Assembly (NCBI GenBank): GCA_030141605.1
Contig: JAQGDQ010000135.1
Span: 1-64,000 of the forward strand
Direction of reading: 5' to 3'
Origin: Tubiluchus corallicola
Lineage: Eukaryota; Animalia; Priapulida
Length of the DNA stretch: 64,000 bases
Each line of letters starts with the position of its first letter. Within the stretch, counting starts at the first letter, position 1. Below the pieces are notes generated by a model that was not told the origin of the DNA, searched no databases, and saw nothing but the letters and a program-made list of their open reading frames with translations. The position numbers and the translations under genes were made by a program. Shown here piece after piece: positions 55,501 through 64,000 of this stretch.

Positions 55501-58500
55501 GGCCGCACCATGTGCTACGACTGTAATGCTATTGTCCATTGTCACATTAGAGAATAAATGTGTTTCCACTTGAATGTTTGAGTAAACTTTTGGGTGAATG
55601 CCATCTGTCCCACTAATGTTCAGCAAGTAAACTGTATCTTCAACTGGCTGATGAATCATGTGTAAGTCACAGCCGCTTGGTATGCTGAATACATTCAAAT
55701 CACCGCCAACGATTTGACATCGATAGTCACCGCCAAGGTCTGGATCATTTGGTTGAACTGAAGCTATTTTTCCGAAACTATAATAGTCATCTAGAACATA
55801 AACTAGCACAGTCAGGTGTCTAGAAGAAGACGGATTATCATTTATGTCATTAACAAACACAGTGATGTGACTTACTGCAGATCTCGGCGGATTCCCACTA
55901 TCCGTAACTTCTACAGAAAGTTCATATTTATCCTGTGCTTCTCTGTCAAGAACCTTTAGCGTCTGCAGCACTCCTGTTTTTGCATCAAGTCTAAACACGT
56001 TATCGTAGATGCCCTTTACTAATTTGTACCTAAATGGGCCTCCGTTCGTCTCCGAATCAGCATCTTCGGCAAATAATGTAAGAAACGATGTGTACATCGG
56101 CTGACCTTCAGCGACATGTGCCTTGGTGGAATTTTTGAGCAGCTTTGGCCCATTGTCGTTTATATCATCTAAAATGACAGTCACAATAGCCGTACCAGTC
56201 TCTGGAGGTACACCTGTATCGACTGCAGCGATTGTTAAGTTATAGACCGGAATTTTCTCTCGATCCAAGCGGCTGTTTGTTCTAATTTGGCCAGTTTCAG
56301 AATTAATGGCAAATGCGTCTCCAATGTTACCACCAGCGATCTTAAATGAAAACTGTCGATTCGCAGGATTCATGTCATGGTCTGTAGCAGTGACTTTGGT
56401 AATTGAAGCACCAATAGCAGCATCCTCAGAGATGCGTTCCACATAGTAACTAGGATAAAAAACAGGTGGATCGTTAGCATCTTCTATTTTAATGTGGATC
56501 ATGCATTCATCTGTGTCATTACCCACTATGCTTCCTGGATTTTTGGCCAGCGCAGTGAGAATTACTTCAGGAATCTTTTCCCTGTCCAGCTGCCTCAAGA
56601 CAAGCACCACACCACGCTCTCTGTCAATAGTAAATTCGCGTCTTCTATTTGCACCTATCAACGAATAATGGATAACACCTTCAAGACCTTTATCATCATC
56701 GATAGCAGTGATTTGGCCTACCTCAAAACCCAGGGGTACCATTTCGCTCACGGTAAACCTGTACTGTTTCTGAAGAAACCTGGGTCGGTACTCGTTCACA
56801 CCTGTTACATGAATATTCACTCTAGTTGTGGCAAACTTGGCAGAATCGCCGACATTGATTGCCATAACCTCGAGTGAGTACTCAGAACGCTTTTCGTAAT
56901 CAAGTGATGTCAGCGAAATAATTCTGCCCGATTTTTTATCAATTTCGAACAGCACTTTGTCTCCACCAACAATGGCATAATCTGTCGCGGCATGGATATG
57001 AGAGTCGGCATCATGTGCAGTAAGTACCATGACCTCGGTTCCAGGACTGGAATTCTCCTCGATGTATGCATCATATTCAGACTGTGAAAATACCGGGGAA
57101 TTGTCATTCTCATCGGTCAAGGTAATGAACACTGGCACATATGCATGTTTAGTATCAAAGGCGCCATCTTGAGCACTGATATTGAGAACATGTGATGACA
57201 CCGTGTCAAAATCTAATGCCCTGCTAGCCATTAAGATGCCATCATGGCTGCCAATGGTAAACAAGTCACTATTGTCATCGCTAACTATACTATAGGTGAC
57301 TAAACCATTGGTGCCTTCATCGCGATCCCGAGCCTTAACTGCAATGATAGACGAACTGACTGGATGATTTTCAGAAATGGTGACATTATACGAAGGCTGG
57401 TCAAAAGCAGGACTGTATTTGTTTGGACTCGTCATATGCAGCTGAACGGTAGTTGTAGCTTGCTGAGGAGGATTTCCTTGATCAATGGCTGCAACTCTCA
57501 GAGTAAGATCCTTAGCTCTGATATTTGACAGCTGTCTGGTGACTTTAACAATACCTGTAAAAATAAGTTTACATTTATGTTGATGCAAACATCAATAAAC
57601 TTTGTTATAATCCTTTTTCAAATACTTGAAACATGATCAAAATTCTGTTTCATAGCTATAATTAAAGTACATAGACTATTTTTTGCCTCTCGAATTAAAT
57701 AAAATAAAGGCCAATGGTAACATCAGTAATTATATTATATGCAAAATTGTAACAAGAATCTATCGTAGGCAGCTTAGACTCATTCTTGTGGAACATTCAA
57801 CGAGATAGATGGCATGTTGGTATGTCCAGAAATTTTGTGGCACGACCTTTGATTCTGTTCACAGTAACATTGATGACACTGTTGAAATTGAACAGGACTG
57901 GCCATTTGCACCTCATTCTTGGAATGTGTCAATTAGCAAAAAGAACAAAAGTTTTAATAGATGCAAAGGAGCGTAATTAAAAGCAAATAGTCAGACAATA
58001 ATCTACCTGTAGTTTCGTCAACAGTGAACATTTTGCTGCCGCTGCCTCCAGTGATGTGGTACCTGACCAGAGCATTGTCCCCAAAATCTTCTTTGTCCTC
58101 GGCAAACACCTACAAAAATTAGAAACACTAATAGCAAGATTTTATGAGAGAACCTACGACCAAAGTTTTTGTTGACTAATGCAAAAAGTAAATTGTATCA
58201 CAAAATTAATCTAGGCTCTGAAAAGCGAATATAATTAGTAATCACTTTAATATGAATAAACTAGTACTTGTGGGAGCGTATTTACAAATAGGTTAACTAG
58301 ACTGTAACCTAGGGTGCCAAACTTTGAGGGGTCCCAGTGTCAATAAATTCTTACTCTCCTCAGAAAATACGTATCCTTTCATATTCACATATTTAATAAT
58401 GTACGACAAGCAGTTACTGAGACTGATTTTAAATAAAAGCCAAATAACAAATTAATAAACAAGTATGGTTATTACATAAAAGGTAATAAATCACAAGCAA

Positions 58501-61500
58501 TTGTGAAACCTGCTTAGATATAATCGCTATGCAAATATGACTGTGTAATTAATAATAAAAACGGAGGCAGTAGCTAATAGTGCTGCTAATACACATTAAG
58601 TAATTGTGTATTATGCTTCATACATGTACACAAACAACCATAAATTCACCATATAAGTAAGCAGGAACTATCATCCTAGGGTGTCCTAATGTCTCGATAC
58701 GTCAGCACAGCACCTGAGCACTTGGACATGCAGGATCAGTTGTTATTTATTTAGATTAAATTAAGGTATACCATGATCACAAGGGACTATGTGGTCTAGT
58801 GGCCACCGCATTAGCATGTGATTCAGTGTCCATGGTTCACATTTTTTACATTTCTCCTTTTTTGGCTACTTGCTTTCAAAAACTTAATAAGCATATTGGT
58901 TATAGCCTGACTTCAGGCTACAAGTGAAGGTAAGCTATAAATCATAGGTTAATACGACATGTGTGTCCAGACACTTACCGTTAAAATTGATGTTCCTACT
59001 TGCACATTCTTTGGCACATAGGAAGAATATTCAGCTTCAGCAAACACTGGAGCGTGATTGTTAGCATCAATGATGTTTACAACCACTGCCACTTCTGAAG
59101 ATAACATCGGCTGCCCGGCGTCCATTGCTACCAAAGTCAGCACGAATCTGTTTTTGTCCAGATTTTGACTGAAGACAAACACTTCTTTAGACATTATTAG
59201 GCCACTGGTAGAATTGATCACAAAGCTGTCCAATGGTTCCAAAAATTTGTAGCTTACATCAGAATTTGGACCCTCCTGATCAGCATCTGTGGCAGAGACC
59301 ATGCCCACAAAGGAGAAGGTAGGACTCATCTCCAAAAACTCAAAATGGTACTCAGATTCTCCAAAAACTGGAGCATTATCATTTTCGTCTATGATCTCTA
59401 TTAACAGTGGTGATTCTACACGCCAGTTGTCGTCGACGGCTGCAACTGTAAGAGTATACTCGGCTTGCTCTTCCCGGTCTAGGTGCCCCATTACTGTCAA
59501 ATTCCCACTCAACTGATCAATAGCAAACTTATTGCCAGAGTTCTTAGTGAGGTAATATGAAGCATTTGCATTCAGCGGGCCATCAGCATCCGAAGTGGTC
59601 ACTTGAACGACAAAAGTACCAATATTTGAATTTTCCTGGACACTCTCCGTAAACAACCTTGTAAAGCGAGGTGGATTATCATTCTGGTCTTCAACAGTGA
59701 CCACCATAATGGCTGATCCAGACAAAGCCGGAACACCATTGTCTGTAGCCACAACTGTCAGGCGGTACAGTGTTTGCTTCTCATAGTCTAACTTCACAGT
59801 GGTCCTAACCATACCATTATTAGCATCTATGACAAAAGCACTGTCTTCGTTACCAGCTGGTAACAAACTATAGGTAATTTGGGAGTTTGGGCCACTGTCC
59901 AGGTCTGTAGCCAGCACTTTCAATACATTCACAGGTGGTGGTTCTTCTTCAAGAATGGTAACATGGTACACAGATTTGGAAAATACTGGTGCATTGTCAT
60001 TAGTGTCGACAACTTCGATGCCAACGACGGTGAAGTCTGAAACAGAATCGTCGTCCGAGTCTCTTGCTTCCAGCCACAGCTGATACTCGTGAGTCATTTC
60101 ATAGTCCAATCCCTCAGTTATGCGCAAGATGCCATTTTGTTCGATGGCAAACACATTACCATGGTTACCAGCAGCAATGTGGTACGATATTCTGCCTGCA
60201 GGGCCAGATTTTGGTGAGACAGCAGAAACCTAAAGAAAGAAAAGAAAGGCATGTACAACTCATTTTTCTTTATCTCTTTTTCAATTAACCAATAAGGAAA
60301 ATTGCTGAGTGAGTTCTAAGTAAAAGCTGATGACATTACATGCCATGAATGTTCGGAAATTTATAAAATATCTGTTTGGAAAAAATTTAATGCATAATAA
60401 ATTTGATGGTGAATAATCATTTATTATTATCGTAGATTTGTAAAATTGGAAGTCCTTGTCTTCCTTTAACACAAAAAATTACTTGGTAATCGGAACTGGC
60501 TCGACACTCGACACCGTAATACCAACCTCTGTAACAACCGTGTTAGTTGTATCCTCCCTAAAGCGGAAGTGTCTCGTGCCCGAATTGAAAACTGGAAACA
60601 GGTGAGCAGGTCTCGTGTATACTTCTAGCTTGGCAGTTGCCGACTTGGATGGAGAGCCACCATCTGTAGCATGCACCTGAGAAAAGAAGATAACAATCAT
60701 TGTAGCTTTTAACTGGATCGTAAAACATTTTCCACATTGGTAAATTGGAATAACTAATACATATAACAAGAAATTAATACAATTGCCAAAACAATGGCAA
60801 ATACCGAACTATACTTACTGTTAGTTTGTATGGATCGTCTGTCCGCATGCTGGTTAGGCGAGATGCCGTCTTAATGACACCTGTGTTTGGATTTAGGATG
60901 AACGCACTTGCATCAGGTCCAGTTATTGTATAGTGCAGCTTCCCATTTTCACCAGCATCAGCATCTACAGCTACAACACCAGCTACAAACAATCCTGAAA
61001 AAAAATTTATTGAAAAAATATTGCAGCATCAATTATCATAGTATATACTATTATTATGAATAGCTAAACAGTTTGCTGAAAGAATTCCAGGTATCACAGA
61101 TTTTATTATTCATGAAATGCTTAAAACTAGGTCTTTTCGTGTCTTTGTAAATAATCAACTCACAATAAAGGATCAATATAATGCCTGGAATTCAAAAGAA
61201 CATTCACAGCGCTGAACTACACGGATGGCCTAAACAAAAGCTTAAATTTAAGTTCATTACAGGTTTCAATAGTATAAAACATCCAGTCGTTTATTTATGT
61301 TATCTGTATCACTAAAGTGTAAAAATTTGTTTTTGTATTGATGAATCACTTGCCTGGTTTTGCTGGTGTAGGTATGTTCGCAACAAAAGTATCTCGCTCA
61401 AACACTGGCTCGTTATCATTCTCGTCTTCAACCGTAACCATGACAACCGCTTCTGCTGATTGGGGGTTTGACACGCTTGAATCAGCAACCTGTACTATAA

Positions 61501-63879
61501 GCCTGTAGAGGTCTTGCTCTTCACGGTCTAGCGGAGCAGTTGTGACAATGTGGCCAGTAGCAGAGTTGATGGCAAATTTATTATTGTGTCCAGAAACAAA
61601 ACTATATCTAAAAAGAATGCAAGATTATAACACGAAAACAAACAATAAATAATGTAATTGGTGCATTGCATAAATAACCAAGTTTAACAAAGTGATAGAA
61701 GGATCCAGTTACTCTAAAGTGATTGCCACACCTCTGGTGAACTGAAAACCCTAGCTTTTTGCCATGATGTCAGTGGTGTAGCAAGTGCATGTGACACCCA
61801 GGGGAAAAAACTTTCTGGCACCCCACTCTTCTAATATTTTGGTCACTTGTTTCATGGGTGAAGCAACAAATTGTGCAATTTTTTGCATCCCTGAGCCCCA
61901 TTTTCCTTTTTTGACATGATGGGATAAAGTTAAACGAATTCTTTCTAACAATCACCCTGAGTTTGATATGTAGTACTGCAGCCGAATAACTCTTTTGTGT
62001 GCTGTTATCCCAAAACTATCGATCTTTTAAGCCACAACACACTCTACATGCCATTAAGTAACAGCATTAGTCTTTTTTTCAGAATGCACATGGTAATTAA
62101 GCTAGCTACGATGATCTCTGACTAGCCAGTTTTGGTGTAGTTTGAAAACTTTTGTTAATTGCTAATGTCGGATTAGTAATTAAGAATTAACAGTCATTAA
62201 ACTCTAGAAGAATTTTTCGCACTCTCACACTTGCACCCGGGGGATAATTACCCCGGTTGCCCACCACTTTACTACGGCTCTGCATGATATATATTATCAG
62301 TTTAAGTGCAATATTAAAAAACAGGGAGCAACCATCCCAAGAAACAAGAAGAAACCTGTTCTAGATCAACAAATCCAGTATATACTAAGCTCGCAATAGT
62401 ACCTTAGTCTAGCATTTTCTCCCACATCTTTATCTTCTGCATGCATGTCGATCACACGACGACCGGCTGGCAGGTTCTCTCTGATACTAGATGTGTAATG
62501 TTCGCTGGTGAACACTGGGGCATGATCGTTGACGTCTTGTACGATAATCTTCACCTGACCTGTCCCACTCAACATGGGCACACCTAGAGAAAAAGTAGCC
62601 TTGTCAATCTTACAATCATATTATTTCTATAAATACAGCATATGTATGTTTGGTAACCTGTATGAAGGGCATATTTATAAACAGAGCATAAGCAGAACGG
62701 TGTAGTTACACTGGAAATGAAAATATATACATTTGAAATGCTTTAAAAATTGCATTTCAAAAATCAGCATGCCACGTAATGCAACAACAGCTAAAATGCA
62801 ACAACAACAACAACAGTCACTGCTGTATGTAACTTGAAAATTAAAGCATATCTGAAATGAAGCGCATCTTAGGCGATCACTGATCAGTTATTTTAAAACA
62901 GAATGAGTTAGTTTAAACATATTTATTTTATAATCTCTGGACAAAACAGTGTAACTGACACAAAAAGTCCTCTGGTTACAGAGATAGTACAAATACAATA
63001 CATGAAAGATAAAAGTGCACGATTAATATATACGTAACAATTAAACAACCTTGTTAGACAACAATCAAACAAACACAACAAAATCGCTGCTATTTTGTTC
63101 CTAAAGCTGGACGCTATCAAATTTTGTGACCTACAGCAAAATCTAGATAATAATAGCTCAGTTTCTTACAGAATGACAATAAAAAATAAAAACTGCAAAA
63201 CACAAACCGGAGTCAGTTGCAACAATCGATAACCAATATGTATCTCTCAGTTCTCTGTCCAAGCTGCGATGCAAAATTATCTTGCCGTTTTCAGCACCAA
63301 TTTCAAACAGTCCATCGTAGCTTTCATCCAGTGAGTACGTCAGTTGCGCATTCTTGGGCGAATCTGCATCGTGAGCGGTGATTGTAGCAATGGTCGCCGG
63401 CAATTTGGACATGTTCTCCAGGACGTGGACAACGTACGGAGAATGGTGGAAGACGGGCGGTGAGTCATTTATGTCTTTCACTACAATGCGAATAGTTGCC
63501 GTATCCTTTTTTGGATCTATGCCCAAATCTTCAGCACTAATGGTTAAGGTGTACATTTGCACTCGTTCGTAATCAAGAGGCTTCGCCACTGAAACAACAC
63601 CAGTTTTCAGATTGAGGTCAAAATCGCGAGCATCATCACCAGCAACTATATAATAGCGCACCTCTCCATTATTGCCCGAGTCACGGTCATACGCAGAGAC
63701 ATTTAAAAGAACGGTTCCAACGCTAATATCTTCAGAGATGGTGGCGCTATAGTCGGTCAACTCAAACGTTGGGCTGTTGTCATTTTCATCGATGATCTTG
63801 ATGAAAATATCTTGCCGGCTAGAAAGTGGCTCCGTGCCTTTGTCCATTGCCATGACCGTTAACGTGTAATTTTCTTCAC
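49581..63879 (-). CDS. FAT4: Fat / protocadherin Fat 4 orthologue, 3' part (5' exons beyond the window)
   Basis: Exons (minus): 63879-63208, 62583-62403, 61607-61354, 60994-60819, 60676-60483, 60229-58979, 58109-58007, 57554-54463, 54305-54208, 53814-53680, 52708-52539, 52313-52063, 51528-51267, 51031-49581. Cadherin repeats (LDRE, DxNDN), EGF repeats, two laminin-G domains, TM, and Fat/FAT4-type tail motifs SFTCSE, WDYMFNWGPNFENLVGVFKDIASL and terminal EEYV. Confidence 0.93.
58785..58842 (+). mobile_element. tRNA-derived SINE head (degenerate)
   Basis: A-box TGGTCTAGTGG and B-box-like GGTTCACAT; no full tRNA fold. Confidence 0.35.
61771..62282. mobile_element. Non-autonomous hAT-like element, copy 2
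   Basis: Ends CAGTGGTGTAG..CTACGGCTCTG; 8-bp TSD catgatgt/catgatat (7/8); colinear with 9259-9868. Confidence 0.8.
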
Positions 63880-64000
63880 CTGAAAAAGGTATTGATGAAT
63901 TACAGTATCAGTTCTCTATTGCATTATGCAACTGCTAATCAATGAAGCAAGGCAATGAGGTTCTTTGCATAAGCTAATGAGAAATGGGTAAAATGTAGTA

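Overview
AT-rich, intron-containing animal genomic DNA, probably from an invertebrate (the taxon cannot be fixed from sequence alone). I assembled three conserved genes exon by exon with consistent phases: ST13/Hip (minus, 12 coding exons, 418 aa), OGT (plus, 21 exons, 1026 aa, divergent from ST13) and the 3' part of a Fat/FAT4 giant cadherin (minus, convergent with OGT, running off the right edge). Two tandem 3-exon class A GPCR genes sit antisense inside a 9.8-kb ST13 intron; one is intact and the other differs by carrying a single in-frame TAA. Intergenic and intronic DNA holds LINE relics, several MITE families and a 914-bp TGT..ACA element with perfect 35-bp TIRs and a 5-bp TSD. The strongest signal is OGT intron 4, the position of the O-GlcNAc-responsive detained intron in mammals. 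It is the longest intron of the gene and contains a candidate stop-containing cassette exon, further micro-exon-like units and a sense-strand RNA hairpin, suggesting a decoy/poison-exon feedback module. All coordinates were read by eye and no searches were run.
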